Below are positions 1 to 14,231 of a DNA stretch of 64,000 nt, piece by piece (position 1 is the stretch's first letter; the number at the start of each line of letters is the position of its first letter). The stretch is from Octopus sinensis (Eukaryota): NCBI RefSeq assembly GCF_006345805.1, contig NC_043005.1, forward strand, positions 87,730,001 through 87,794,000, given 5' to 3'. The notes below the pieces were generated by a model. It had not been told where the DNA came from. It made no database searches and saw nothing but the letters and a program-made list of their open reading frames with translations. The translations under genes were made by a program, and so were the position numbers.

Positions 1-1400
1 TGAAGCCACAGTTAATTACTTAACTAATCAATTAAGTAGTAGTAATAAAAATGATAACAATAGTAATCATTTCCACTAATATCACAAGGCCTGTAATTTA
101 AGTGGGGGGAGACAAGTCGATTACATCGGCCCCCAGCTTTCCAAATCGCCACTCATACTTTAACTTATCGTCCTCTGAAATCTATTTTTCTCGATACTTT
201 TTTCCTGATTTCATTTCATTTCCTCTAATGGATTTCTTCAGAGCAACAAGCCACCCGTTCAATCGCTGTTGGCTTTACTCAACCGAGAAACAAGGCGTTC
301 ATCTTTATCTATTATCTGAATTAGATCAACATTACTCAATGCATTTACCTCATGTCTACACTAACGAATTTTAAAAATGCCTTCTACATCCGCTTGACAA
401 CTGGATCTGGATGAGTATGAGCGGGTTTGCGAGTGATATTAAACTTAGTTATCTTCCTGAAGGATGCTTCGAGAAGACAGAGGAAAAATGGTCGCTCTGT
501 TCTGTTGAAGACATAAATGACCACAAGCCTTAAAACACCATACTGGTCTCTGTCCACTAGCAAAATATTTCTATGAGGCTTCCAGAATATCACTAAAACC
601 TTAAGATCCCAATCTTTTCATAATGATAAAAGTTAAAAATAATAGCTTCAAATTTTGGCACAATTCCAGCCCTTTCAAGGATCGGGCGACTACAGTGACA
701 AACTACTCGAGAGAAGGAAATCCTGGAAATACGAATAGATGAAGCGGAATTTGAACCGAGAACGTAAAAAGACCGGAAGAAATACCGCTTCGCATTTAGA
801 CCGGCACGATAACCATTCTCCCGGCTCTCCGCTTCAGTTAAACAACAAAAAAATGATGTAAAAGAAAAAAGAAATAAATGAAAACTTCTTAGGTTATGTT
901 TCTGTTTTAAGAATTCTTTCTTTTACTTGTAGAACTTCAAAATTTTGGTAAAAGAATTAATTCTTTTTTACAAATATTGTTATTTCCAACTCAACATTAT
1001 AAGAATCAATGAAAGCGATATTGGCTTTCCGTCATGCCTTGATATCAACATCTTGTCATATCTTTAAGAGGCAGCTGTTGTTGACTTGTTGCTAAAGAAG
1101 CTGTCTTCTAAGTTTTCCGAGATTTGTCATCAGGTAAATATAGTTGTGCTCGTAAAGAATTTAGAGATAAACGCATACACATAACATACACACACATATA
1201 TACACATGCATACATACATACTTGCACGCATACATACAAACCTAAGCGACATATATGTAAGTAAATAGAAAGAAGCAAGCACATTTTTATACATGCAAAT
1301 ACATATTTTATTGTATATATGCGTACACAGTGTTAAGAGATATACGTATATAATTCTATACAATCCTCAAAAATTATTAGTATACTATATAAACATTACA

Positions 1401-1795
1401 GGCGCGGATGTGGATGTGTGGTGAGAAGATTATTTCTTAACTAAATGGGTTTAGGTTCAGTCTCTCTGCGCAGCATCTTGGGCAAGTCTCTTATGCTGTA
1501 GCCCGGGTCGACGAAACTCCTGTGATTGGATATAGTAGAAGGAAACTGAAAGAAAACCGTCATATATATTTATGTATATATATATCTATATATGTGTGTC
1601 TTTGTCTTTGCGTTTCTTCTTAAGTAATGCTTGACACATGGTGTTGGTTTCCTTACGATCCCGTAACTTAGTGATTCAGCAAAACATACCGATAGAATAA
1701 CAACCAGGGATGGGCTGGTTGATTTACTTGACTAAATACTGCAAGGCAGTCTCCTAGCGTAGCCGCAGTTTACTGACTGAAACGTATAAAAGAGA
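1401..1795 (+). mobile_element. SINE family B, full-length degenerate copy with internal TA/TG microsatellite
   Basis: tRNA-like head ggcgcggatgtggatgtgtggtgag...ggttcagtc, body ggaaactgaaagaaaaccgtc, tail gccgcagtttactgactgaaac; homologous to the copies at 47.3 kb and 48.9 kb. Confidence 0.8.
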
Positions 1796-1841
1796 AAGGC
1801 ACATACATATGTATGCACACTTGTGTATGCATATATATATA

Positions 1842-1930
<89 letters not shown>

Positions 1931-2184
1931 TATTATTATTATTATTTGAGGGAATATTATTCCTAACTTACAGTGAAAAATTCAATTTAGAAATACTATA
2001 TGAAATTTCACAAAATATAATATATATATATGAATTAGAAAAGCACACCTCTTATCAATTCAAAATGAACAATTAAATTACACCATCTAGAAAATTACAT
2101 ATAATAGAAATATTAAAATTAAAATAACAATAATATACTGAAGATTAAGTAAATTGCGAAAAAATAATAATAACGTATATATTT

Positions 2185-2218
<34 letters not shown>

Positions 2219-2224
2219 AAATAT

Positions 2225-2462
2225 ATACGTTTTTATTATTTTTTACGTTCTTGGTGTGTTGAATTATTTCTTGAGAACAATTCTTAGTGGTGGATTCCCT
2301 TTGCGGATATATATCTAGCGTAAGAGCGTCCACATAGTGGGTTTTCTCTTAAAGTTGTGTATTAATAATATTTACTGAATCTCAGTCTTTTATACGCTAG
2401 GCCACTTGGTGTTTAAATTGGTGTTATTAAATTAATATCCAATTTTTTCACCCTTATTTTGA
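2225..2462 (-). repeat. AT-rich TA-flanked repeat related to the modules at 17467, 21310 and 26230 (probably Penelope-derived)
   Basis: Minus strand starts ataagggtgaaaaaattg...accaagtggcctagc, similar to aagggtagaaattg...accagtggcctagc (17473) and aagggtgaaatt...accaagtagtcttc (21321); (TA)n on both sides. Confidence 0.5.
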
Positions 2463-2463
2463 C

Positions 2464-2536
<73 letters not shown>

Positions 2537-3329
2537 GCTTCTTTCTGGGCATATGGTAATTTAAACATTACTTACATTGCTGAGGTCGTGACGACAAAAA
2601 TTACTATTAAAATTATACGATTTAAATTTGTTTCGATGAATTATTTAAACTTCATTCTTTATTCCGACAAACATTCCCACTTCCAGCTGCAGTAATTTCT
2701 GCAAATTTATCACATTTCCACACCTTACATCATGTACACTAGCTTTCGCTTCATTTTATTTTAATCGCATACTGTTTCATCCTACACCATTTTTGATTGT
2801 TATGTTCTCTTTTTATCTTCTTCAATTATTTTCATACCTTTTATTTTATTTCTTTTTAAATTAATTCCTTTTCAAACAAATCCATCAGTAAATGTTAATG
2901 GAAATTATATTCTGTGACTCACAAAATGGGAAATACCGAATCCCACAATCGTAGGATGTGGGTTACCTTTGATCTGTTCATCTTCTCAGAGCTTCATTTC
3001 TGATATTAACGTCAACCGTCCTCTTTTTACACCATCGTCAATTTTAATGATAGCGTGTCAGTCGTATTTCGAATTCTAGCCATAAATATATTGATCTCTG
3101 TCAGTAGGAAACGATTGGAACTATTGAAATACCAACATTTCTAATAAAAGGAATAGTTTATCCAAAACTCCGGCGTTGATTACTTATCCTTCCGTTTCGA
3201 TAACTTACGTATATGTAAGCTATTTACATGTATGCGTGTATATGTGAGTGTGTGTAGGCGTGTTAGGTGCATACAGACAGTTAGACAAATACACAGGCGC
3301 ATATGAACACTCACACACACTCACACAGA

Positions 3330-3348
3330 CAGACAGACAGACAGACAT

Positions 3349-3419
<71 letters not shown>

Positions 3420-3612
3420 TATAGATAAATAGATATATAGATAAATAGATAGATAGATAAATAGATAGATAGATAAACAGATAGATAGATAAACAGATAG
3501 ATAGATAAACAGATAGATAGACAAACAGATAGATAGACAAACAGATAGATAGACAAACAGATAGATAGATAGATAAACAGATAAAGAGATAGATAGATAG
3601 ATAGATAGATAG
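3330..3612. repeat. (GACA)n/(GATA)n microsatellite
   Basis: Direct reading; source of the LSIY-repeat ORFs. Confidence 0.95.
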
Positions 3613-4029
3613 AATTTAGATCGGTCAACTGTAAACAATCCTGGCTGAAACGCTGGTTTGGGTTTTAGCCATCTTTTGTTCCAGTTGACCAAATTTAATA
3701 AAGTATTTCCCACACACATCTTAGTTTGTGTCACTCAAACAAGGAAAATATAAAAGAAGTTATGAATGAAGAATGGGTTGCTGGTGCAGAGTTCAGACGT
3801 AGTGTTCCGTAAACAATAGGCAAGTCTTTGCTTGGATTTGTAGCTTTTAAAATATTTTGCATTATAAAGTTTTGGTCAAGATTTTCAGACACCATGAAAT
3901 AAGTTTAGTGTCTTAGAGTACCATATGATGGCTTCTGAAATATATTTTACATATTGGTTTTATTGATTGATTGGGAGTAAGAGGCTGAAATGGATACTAG
4001 ATATAGAGATACTGCCAGGAGTAATGCGC

Positions 4030-4440
4030 AAACTTCAACGTTCGATCCTCAGAAGCGTAGGAGTAGGTAAAAGAGCCAAATCGTGCTACCTCCAAGTCTG
4101 TTTGCATATCTCTCCCTCTTGTGGTCCTGAATTTTGGGTAATGAGTAAAAGACGATGATTGTGAGTACAAGAAGTCGAAATGGGGGTCGTTCGAAAGATT
4201 TCTGGGTTAATGTTACTTGACAGGATGTGTAGCATGGAGATCGGGGAACCTCTCCTGGTTGAGCTGTTCCTTCTTCGCATTGAAAGGTCACAATTCCGCT
4301 CCTCGTGTTATGTTATTAGAATGTCAGAGGAAAGAATCGAATGACGGATCATTCAAGCCGATCCATCCGACAGGGTACCTCAGAGTAGACCAAAATCGAA
4401 ATGATTGATAATGGGAATCTTCTCAGCTTTTAACACTCTG
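4030..4440 (+). pseudogene. RTE-clade (Expander/Rex3-like) LINE, C-terminal ORF fragment
   Basis: One frame with several stops reads GPEFWVMSKRR*L*VQEVEMGVVRKISGLMLLDRM...LLRIERSQ...VIRMSEERI...SRPKSK*, matching the RTE C-terminal pattern E.W...QAAEM.FLR...IERSQLRW.GHV.RM...GRP. Confidence 0.75.
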
Positions 4441-5034
4441 GAATCTAACAGGAAAGTATAATGATGCTTGTCTTATGAAATAACTCTCCCAAGAATAGGG
4501 GCGGAGAAAAGGAATGCATCGAGGGATATCAATGGAGTTATTAATAAGAGTAAATGAGTGACAGTGGTTTTCTATTAAAAATGGACTTGAAAGTCGATGT
4601 TAAATAAAAACGGATCATAAGTTATCAGTTATAGACTGATAGAATGTACAGGAGTCATACTTTTCGATGTAAAAATATTAGAATATTGATGAAATTCAAT
4701 ACCAATTCCAAAATTATACTCAAAACTCAAAATTTTAAATGCTAAAAATAATTTTTAAATTCAGAAGTTAAAATCTTTAAATCAATTTTAAAATTTAAAA
4801 GTAAAATTCTAAAAGGAACAATCTTAAAATTCAAAACGGACTACCGACGGGGATATTCGAATAGGGGCATAGCGAAAAATCGTCGTTTGTGAATTATCTG
4901 AAAATTTACGAATTTACAAAGTTTATGAAAAATGTTAGTTTTTTAATGGTGTATGATTATTTCTTCAAATAAAAATCCTTATTAGAAAAAGTTTAAAATA
5001 TAGGTGAAAGCATATATAGTAGAATAAAATATTG

Positions 5035-5245
5035 GTTTCCAATATAGGCACGAGTCCAGCATTTTCTAAGAAGTGGGTAAATCGATTAGATCGATCCCAG
5101 GGTTCAGGTGTTACTTTTCTTATCGACCTCTATCTAACTCTATGTATTTATACATCAAGATCGACGGCGGAGGAATTTGAACTCAGAACGTATAGGCAGA
5201 CTAAATGCCACTAAGTGTTTTGTCGGTCGTGCTAACGATTCTGCC
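5035..5245 (-). mobile_element. SINE family A, degenerate copy with a 28-bp foreign insert
   Basis: ggaatttgaactcagaacg, gtgctaacgattctgcc and tttccaatataggcacgag segments homologous to other family A copies. Confidence 0.7.
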
Positions 5246-5548
5246 GTAGATTAAAATATCGGTTTTACCACTTTATATCGGTTTCAGTTTTTTGCACAAG
5301 ATGAGCAAGTTCGGATTACATCAACACCAATATTCAGCTGGTACTAATTTTATCGGCTCCGACCATAACTTATTATAATGACAAACGATATGTCGCTAAG
5401 CATTTAACACGGCGGAATAACGATTCTGCCAGCTTGCCGCCTTACGTCATAGAAAAATTTTGTATTAGAAAAATATACTTGATGTGACAATTTGAACTTC
5501 CTTTCAATAGGTTCGGGATATAGGCGATGTAATTCAGTCTTACATTAC

Positions 5549-5596
<48 letters not shown>

Positions 5597-5705
5597 TATA
5601 TATAGAGAGAGAGAGAGACAGACAGACAAACAGACAGAAAGACAAACATGCTCATATGCATATCTAACTCTATGTATTTATACATCAAAATGCGAAATAT
5701 ATGTA

Positions 5706-5765
<60 letters not shown>

Positions 5766-6031
5766 CGTATGTATGCATATACAAATATGAGTGTTCGGGG
5801 TACGAGTGTTCATTTATAAGGTTTGCGTAAAAGGAACAACTGAATATTGAATATTTGGGAACGACTCCAATGAAGATGCTTCCACCTCTTAGAAACAAAT
5901 TATTAAGAAAAGGAAATATTAAGAAAAACGACCAATAAAATGAGACAAATTTTTTTAACGAAGTCGTGTTTTCTGTACAACATACTTAAAAGGGAAAACA
6001 GGAAATCTACCAAAACTTACACACACACACA

Positions 6032-6074
<43 letters not shown>

Positions 6075-6088
6075 ATATATGTACACTA

Positions 6089-6122
<34 letters not shown>

Positions 6123-6328
6123 TCGTTATCTCATTTATGTATAGGAAGAATATCCTCTCAGCTATTCAATCTTCCTCTATATCTCGGGAACCTTTAACAC
6201 AATCGTTATAAAGCAACTCTCAATCCACTCTTCAGATTTGATACAAAAAACATACATATGTATACATGTGTGTGTGTGTGTGTGACTGTGTAGATACGTA
6301 TATACATACATACACATACACACACACA

Positions 6329-6392
<64 letters not shown>

Positions 6393-6401
6393 TATATATA
6401 T

Positions 6402-6448
<47 letters not shown>

Positions 6449-6994
6449 ATATATGCCCCTCTTTTCTTTCACCTTTCTTATTTTCTTTTTACGAGATGTA
6501 AATTCTATTTTCTACACCTTCGAATAATTTGCATTTATCCCTTTTTACATACATTTTATTCGTTGATTTCGTTTTTGTTTTGTGTTTCAGTCAATTTTAT
6601 TCAGTTGAACTCTTTTCTGGCATTCCCATCAGATTGAATGATGGAGTAGAAAATATGCATTTATAAATATTTCATCATTATCTTTCATATTAAGTTCACA
6701 CAAAAATTTAATAAAATATAGTAAAAGAACAGAAAAGAGCCAAAGATCTTTATTTAACTCCCCCCTCCTCTGCATAGATGCCACCGAATTAACCAAATTG
6801 TTATTCTCATTCCCTTTGAATATTCTATATTTTCTACTGCATCAGAATCAAACGAAGAAAGTATTGAGAAAAAAAAATTACTGCAGAAACTTAACAGTAA
6901 TAACTATGGTTTAAACCCGTCGAGATTTGAAATCAAAACTTAATGAGTTCTTTTATTATTTTTCTTGGGTCCTAAGACTCATATGGACAGTTTC

Positions 6995-7270
6995 CCGGTT
7001 TCCATGTCGAACTACTGTCCAAGATCACAACCTGTCTCTGAACGGGACGCAGGTCCGATGCGGGGTTCAAAGTCATTAGTTTTGAAAAGAGGGGACAAGT
7101 CAACCATATTGACCACAGTGCTGGACGTGTACTTCATTCTATCGACTCTAGATGGGTTGAAAGGCAAAGCTGAACTCGGTGGGATCTGAACTGGGGATGA
7201 AAAGAGTCGAAACAAATACCGGTAAGCACTCTATCGGACGTTGCCAATAAACCTGCAATCTCGCAGCCTT
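6995..7270 (-). mobile_element. SINE family A, degenerate copy
   Basis: tgaaaggcaaagctgaactcggtgggatctgaact core and tail segment. Confidence 0.6.
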
Positions 7271-7849
7271 ACGTACTAAGCTCTATTACTATAAAAAATA
7301 AATGCGTTTTCAATTTCGACGGGTTTTCCTCACTATCTTTCATACAATAAATGTCTAGGTTAGTAAATTAGCGGAAAATTTCTCATGCAGTAATTCTTTC
7401 GGCTTTTCCTTAGTGTGATTCTCTCTGACAAACCGATTCAAAGCCACCACATACGTGTGTGTGGTGGTGGGGGGTTGCAGATACTCACAGAACATATATA
7501 AATCTACATTTCACGACTATGAAACATTATCAGTAATGCATTGACCAATTTCTTAGAATTTGTTAGAATTTCTTAGAACGCCAATCCCAAATGTTATGTG
7601 GAATATTTTTGAGATTTCTTTTTACATTTCAGGTTCAATCCACTCTGACATCTAATTGATAAAACTGAAATAATTTTCAATCCGATAACGCGGTTTGATA
7701 TAATCGATTATACCTTACACCGCATAAAAATGTATTCTTGTACCTCGGTAAAAAGTAAGAGTTGCCCCGTGTCCTAAAACTCAAGGGGCCAGTTTTCCCG
7801 TTTTCATGAATGACAAAAATCCCAACATTGTCTATGAACGTGATGCCAG

Positions 7850-7978
7850 TCCGTCGCAGAGAAGCGTGAAATGAAGTGTTTCGCTCAAGAACATTATGCC
7901 CCGCCCGGTCCGGCAATCGAAACCGTGAGCTGTGATCGTGAGTGCTACAGCCTAACCACTAGGTCATACACCTTCACT
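7850..7978 (-). mobile_element. SINE head fragment related to family D
   Basis: Reverse complement gtgaaggtgtatgacctagtggttagg...ggtttcgattgcc...tgttcttgagcgaaacacttcatttcacg: A box, B box and start of the CORE-like segment. Confidence 0.6.
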
Positions 7979-8559
7979 GAGCCTCGGAAAGAAGTCAATA
8001 TTCGTCAAATATGAATTCATCTGGTGCAAATATGGTCTTGATGTCACATAAATGGCTGAAATAGTTTATGTGGAATTTCAGTAGATCTTAAGCCAAAAGC
8101 CCCTTTAATCTACTTTCATCTTCATGTTATCTTTAATCTTTGACATTTTCCTCTAATCGCTCATTAGACTATGGCCACACTGAAACACCGCTTTGAAAAA
8201 TATTTAGTCGAACGAATCTTCTGCAGTAAGGTATTTTAGCCAGGTAATTAATAAATATTTTAGCCGAGTAATTAATCAATAATTTTCTTTTGCCGAAACT
8301 CTACGTTACGGAGACGTAAATTCACCAACACTGATTGTGTATATGGATAATGATGATGATGATCATCATCATCATTATGATGATCATGATCATGATCATG
8401 ATGATTTCTTCACCTTGACAGATGACAGCCGTCCCATCAACACACACACCACACCCCATCACACGGCACAATCCCTCGGTTGATGAACTCTCAGATGACA
8501 TTTAAGACCAACTGCTGACTGACGGTTTTAAAACAGAACTGACAAATATTATTCAAGTT

Positions 8560-11000
8560 TCTTCTATATCCTTGCCCTCTGGAATCTATTTCTGAAGGAT
8601 TGCTCTTGCGAACTAGCATATGTCTTTTAAGTCCAGATATTGTTGTGCACCTCTCCACTTGTTCCGATCTAGAGCATCATTTTCCCAACCACTTTTGGTC
8701 ATATCTAGTTTCTTCAAATTTTCCTTCACACAGCCTTTATACCTTTTCCTCAGCTTATACTGTGGTCGCTCGCCAGAGTTGAGGTCACCATAAAGAAAGA
8801 TACTTTGGCAAACGCTCATCTTTTATTCTAACAACGTGGCCAGTCTACCTCAATTTAGCGAAGATAACATGTTCAATTGAGCTGTAACGTACCATGTGCA
8901 ATACCTCTGTATTTGGTATGAATCGTTCCCACTTGACTCCTAAGATACGCCTGAGGCACATTTGATGAAATCGTTCCAGCATTTTTATATGACGCTTGTA
9001 AGTAGTTCATGTTTCACTTGAATAACAATACTCACGCTTTATAGACTCTGACTTTTGTCTTCAAGGAAATACCTCTATTCGCCCATACTCGCTTTTCGAG
9101 CTTTCCAAATGCAACACTTCCCTTCATTATTTGATAGTCTATCTCTGCATCACGACTGCCATCTCTTGACAGTGTGCTTCCAAGGTAAACAAAGGCGTCA
9201 ACGACTTCTAATCTTGCTTCATTTACAAAGCTGTTTGTCCTGGCACGGGAGTAAACATTACTTTGGTTTTCCCCAAACTAATTGTGAGTTCAAAATGTAC
9301 ACATGAAGTGGAATATCCGTCCACTAAACATTGCATGCCCCGCTCTGAATGTGCCAACAAACCAGCATCATCAGCATAAAGTAATTCTCTTTCAAGTATT
9401 TTGAAAGCCTTTGCTTCGAAGTTAAACTGGTCACTTTAAAAATACGACGAAGTGTCCGAAATCGGATTCCGATTTCTATGTTGCAATGCTTGAAAGCATA
9501 CCAAAGCAATACAGCAAAATAAACAGAGAAAAATGTAGGAGCAGCAATATTTCCATGTTTGGCTCTGTTGTCCACCGAAAGTTCATGAGATATCTCACCA
9601 TTAAAGACTACCTGAGCTTTCATGTTTCTGTGTAGTTCTTTAAAAATGTGTTGGGCAACCAGGTTTACACAAAACAATCCACAGCGCCTTCCTATTTACC
9701 ATGTCAAATGCCTTAGTTACATTTATGAAGACCTGGTATAGTGGCATTTGTTGCTCTGAGTATTTCTCCTGAACCTGCCTCACAGAACATATTACGTACA
9801 TTGTTACTCGTTCAGGTCTGAAACCACACTGTTCTTCAGGAATCACATGTGGACGCACATTCTCAACGGGATGATCTAACATGATCCTTGAAAGTATCTT
9901 CCCAGTATGTGCCAGAAGCGTTATCCCTCTAGAATTACCACACACTGCTTTCGGGCCCTTACCCTTATATACAGAGATCAGAATGACATTTATCCATTCT
10001 TGACACAGAAGAGATTCATTCCAAACTCGAGTTATCAGGTTATGAAATTCAGATTAAATATGGTCCCCACCTGCTTTCAGAATTTCAACTGGAATACCAT
10101 CCAATCCAGGAGCTTTACCTGATCTCACTTTGCATAATGCCAGATTAACTTCTTCAATGGAAAATGTATCATCCTTGTGTTGCACAATCTCTCTTTGCGG
10201 AACGTTGTTTATGTTATGCATGTTCACTACAGGCGGATTGTGGAAGAGATCTGCAAAGTGTTATCCCCATCTATTCATTATTCCAAGAGGATCTTTAATA
10301 ACCTCATTTTCATCTTTCGACTCTAAGAAAACATATGATAATGAAAATTGCGGTCCAAAAGCTTGCCGCAATAAACTATAGAATCTTTTAATGTCTTTCC
10401 TCTCATAGGCTGCCTATACTTCATCAGACAAATTTCTCCACCAAATGTCTTTAAGTCTCCTGAGTTCTTTTTGCAAGTATGCTTTTTGAGACTTGTACAA
10501 CTTTTCTTAGCTCAAAAAGGTTTTCATGAGGGGACCTCTTTGTTGCTAAAAGCTCATTTATCACTGTATCATTGGAATCGAACCAGTCCCGGTGTCGTCT
10601 CCTCTTAAAACCTAACGCTTCTGATTCCATTTTTTATATTCCATCCCGTAAAGATTGCCATGAACCTTCAAAATGAATACTGCTGGCTGCATCACTTCTG
10701 AAACTGCTGCAAAACTTGTGGTTGTTTTAGCTGCTCTGCGTCAATTTTCTTTGGTACTCGTACACCTGCACTACCAATCTTCTTCCGGACCCTGAACTTC
10801 AACTTGGCCCTAACCATTTGGTGATCAGTATCACAATCAACACCTCGCAATACTCTGAGACGCAAAAATCTTGTATGTCAGCTTTCAGAGTTAATACAAA
10901 ATCAATCATGTGACCTTCCTTTGATCTTGGTAACTTTATGTTTCATCTGATGATGAAAGAAAGCATCACCAATAATGAAACGTTTGCTTCATAACCGCGT
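8560..11000 (-). mobile_element. RTE (BovB-like) LINE, 5'-truncated and decayed: end of APE endonuclease plus RT
   Basis: Minus-strand motifs: PRSKEGHMIDFVL and TDHQMVRAK (APE end); RGITLLAHTGKILSRI, PEEQCGFRPER, QVQEK, KAFDMVNRKALW (RT); YGDL...RKRYKGCVKENLK (C-terminus); many stops and frameshifts. Confidence 0.9.
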
Positions 11001-11002
11001 GG

Positions 11003-11040
<38 letters not shown>

Positions 11041-11043
<3 letters not shown>

Positions 11044-11182
11044 CTCACAGGTTTTTCGTCGATCCGAGGCTTTAGTGGAAAATAATTGCCCAAGGTGCCA
11101 CGCAGTGGAACTGAACTCGGAACCACGCGGTTATGAAGCGGTTATAAAGCAAGCGTCTTACCACACAGCCACGCTTGCACCT
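11041..11182 (-). mobile_element. SINE family B head fragment
   Basis: Reverse complement gtggctgtgtggtaagacgcttgc...gttccgagttcagttccactgcgtggcaccttgggca. Confidence 0.8.
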
Positions 11183-12109
11183 GGTTGAAGATATTTCAGA
11201 ATCTCAACCTTTTGACGGGAAGTCAATTGTCTTCTCGTGAATTCTCTTTCTTCCGTCCTGTTCTGTAATTTAGCCATTGTTAAAAAGAAGCGACAAACAT
11301 CGATAAAAAAGAACGTTCTACTCTAGGGAAAAAGGAAATAAATAACAAAAACAACATGAAGATAGATAAGTTTGATATCGAGAAGACGTTCATTTAAACT
11401 TAACGTCGCTTTGGGAAAACAAATATAAGCTATAAAATTAAAGAAACGCGTAAGAAGAAAAGATAGAAACAATGAAAGAAAGCAGGAAAGAAAGAAAGAC
11501 GTTAACGGAGCAATGACAAAGAAAGTGGGATAAAAAGATATCCGTCATTCTTATTATAAGCTAATTTTAATTGATGATCTGTTGTTTACAAACTCTCTGG
11601 AAATGTGTAGTTGTTTGCTATATACATGTCTGTTAAGTTACCTATTATGTTTTACGTATAGTTTTTATCTTTTGCTGTGTATATTATATACTTGGCCATT
11701 GATCAATCACATGAATGGATAAATAAATGTAAGAATAATTATATAAATAAAGGGGAAAAAATGAAATAAATATATATAGAGCTATTTAGAAATCTGGAAT
11801 TTTCAAATAAAAAATGGCGCGCGAACATATGTAAATGTGAAGTTTCATTTCCGGTATTTCTGGTAGGTTATTTCATTCGCCATCTTTAACATCGGAAACA
11901 GCTATGTGGATTAATGACAGAAATCCGGCGTATGTAGATTTATGTATAGAGGGAAATATATCCGGTTTATAGAGAGAAATAAATGTTGATACCTGTGTTT
12001 GATACCCTTAAAGCGACTTAGTGAATAGAATTATTTCATGAATATGTTTTCATCCCCGGTATACTGCTGCTACAACGATTACTGCTACTACTATCACTAC
12101 AGCTAATAA

Positions 12110-12210
12110 CAATGAGAAGAAGAAAGAGAAGAGGAAGAAGAAGAAAGAGAAGAAGAAGAAGAAGAAGAAGAAGAAGAAGAAGAAGAAGAAGAAGAGAAGA
12201 AGAAGAAGAA
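12110..12210. repeat. (AAG)n microsatellite
   Basis: Direct reading. Confidence 0.95.
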
Positions 12211-12587
12211 TGTTGACGAATGAATTCATATATTTGCCACAAGGGCATCGTTTGAAAGGAACATTACAAGGACAGTTTACAATTTATGCTGGAGTTTACA
12301 TGAAGACGAGGTGAAAGAATAGAATGAGATAGAGTATGAAGTGGGCATGTGAATGAGACTGTCCTCCTGACACAAGATAACTTTCAACTGGGGCCAATGA
12401 AGGAACCCCGCAGATCTAAAACCACTCTGACCGCCAAATCTCACGTCTCCTCGCCCAAATGTTGCTCTCAAATCTACAGGCGCAAGCTTAGAATCGGTCT
12501 ATTCACAAGACATATTTTTGTTTCAGCCACCCAGCGGAATTACACTTTTCCCTCCAACCTCATGTTCCTTCCCAAGTAAAACTTTAA

Positions 12588-12808
12588 TCCCTTAGCATTC
12601 ACAATACTCTGTTTAATGTAATGATTATTGATTCACATTGTTTGGAATTAATCATAGAATTATCTCACAGCTTTGATATTTCGATGTTACGGCTGTTTAT
12701 GTTTAGAAGGACATCTTACGGTAGGTGTGAAAGTGTGGAACTCAACAGTTTGAATGTGAAATAGGTAGAATACTTGGCCAGAATATAGCCAGTATAGATG
12801 CTAAGGGG
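12588..12808. mobile_element. Probable MITE with CCCTTAGCAT termini (piggyBac-like)
   Basis: Left ttaatcccttagcattc and right gatgctaagggg are inverted repeats; TTAA present on the left only. Confidence 0.45.
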
Positions 12809-13058
12809 AAATCAATAAGGGCTTGACCAAAGGCTTCTAGAGTGGTGTTTTAACATCAGGAAATACAGGGTCCTGTCTGCATTTGATTGTCCAAGTCAAT
12901 TGACTTTACAATTCACCTTCGTAATATTAAATACTAAGGTGCTCATTCTTATTTACAACTACAACTCATGTATTGGGATTTTAGCTCCAGTGCATATGAT
13001 GCCAAACTGTAAATTTTATTCAACCATTGCATGCAGCATATTACATACACGATTTATA

Positions 13059-13428
13059 TCTCTATATATATAAAGCTGAAGTTTTCTGTGTATAGAGGGT
13101 TTGGCAGCCTTCAACTAACACTATCTCCTCCGAGACCCTTCGGTGCAAGTTGACCAAAATTGAGATTGTGATAGACAAAGGCTTGCTCTTCCTTCCGTGG
13201 AAGAGAAAATTCAAATCGGACCATGTTAACACCAGAAATTATTTACATCAAAAAGCTGCTTTTTTTCTATGTTTTGACTGCTATATCACCATTTTTCGGT
13301 GTATTTCAACCAGAAAAATGTTCACTTAAAGAGAATAACAAGCTACATAATGCAAGCTTTTTACTTTTCAAAACTTCCAATTCTAAGGGGTCGAAACCAA
13401 CCCGAACAACGCCGGGTGATACTGCTAG
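13059..13428 (+). mobile_element. Non-autonomous Helitron, 370 bp
   Basis: A|TCtctatatatataaag 5' end; subterminal hairpin acccg-aacaacgc-cgggt; 3' tactgCTAG|T, i.e. inserted between A and T. Confidence 0.85.
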
Positions 13429-13678
13429 TATATATATATTTTTATATTTGACTGACTAGATCACCACGTGTTTCTGATAATGTAGTTGATACTGCGTGTG
13501 TGTAAAATCAGCTTTTACGAAAATCATTTATTCGTACTCACACTAATTTTGTGAGTATATTTCCTAAAGTAATCTATTTGTAGTTTATAGATTTCATACT
13601 TAATATACTTCCCTGACGGACGTTTAATGATACATTGCCTACACAACTGCTATTACCAATATATATATATTATATATA

Positions 13679-13750
<72 letters not shown>

Positions 13751-13787
13751 GAAAAGAGATATTCAGTAACCATTCTTTAAAGTAAAG

Positions 13788-13912
13788 GCCAACATAATGT
13801 GGCCGTCTTGGAAGGGATGACTGTTAGTGTTTAACCTCAGGAACCAACGGTGTTGCATGGGGAAAAACAACAGTACCAAGCGTCCCTTCCAGGACAGCCA
13901 CATTATGTTGGC
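13788..13912. mobile_element. Small MITE with about 30-bp TIRs; a longer relative ends near 14210
   Basis: gccaacataatgtggccgtcttggaaggga and tcccttccaggacagccacattatgttggc are inverted; the same right end (ctccagggcagccacattatgtcggc) recurs at 14185-14210. Confidence 0.65.
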
Positions 13913-14231
13913 TCGGTTAGTGAAATATCCCTTTTGTTAAGAGAATTATAAATAATAATGTTTCTATTTTATTGGATTAGTGATTGTGCGTCACTATATA
14001 TTTTCGAACGGTGAATTCAGCAACGCCATCTAGCCAAGCAGCTACCTTCTGTCGACAAAGTACAATAACCCAGAAAACGACCCACTGATGTTGCTTCGTG
14101 CTGGATGGAAGGACACAGATACCGTGTCATGCAGCCAACTGGAAACGATGTTTACTGGGGCTAAAACAACAGTAACAATCGTCCTCCAGGGCAGCCACAT
14201 TATGTCGGCAAATAGCCTTTGCATTATATAT

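Noticed and set aside
380-600. Short ORFs at the window start (DVEGIF resembling a BEL/Pao RT motif)
   Set aside because: One short motif, no supporting neighbours, stops in all frames.
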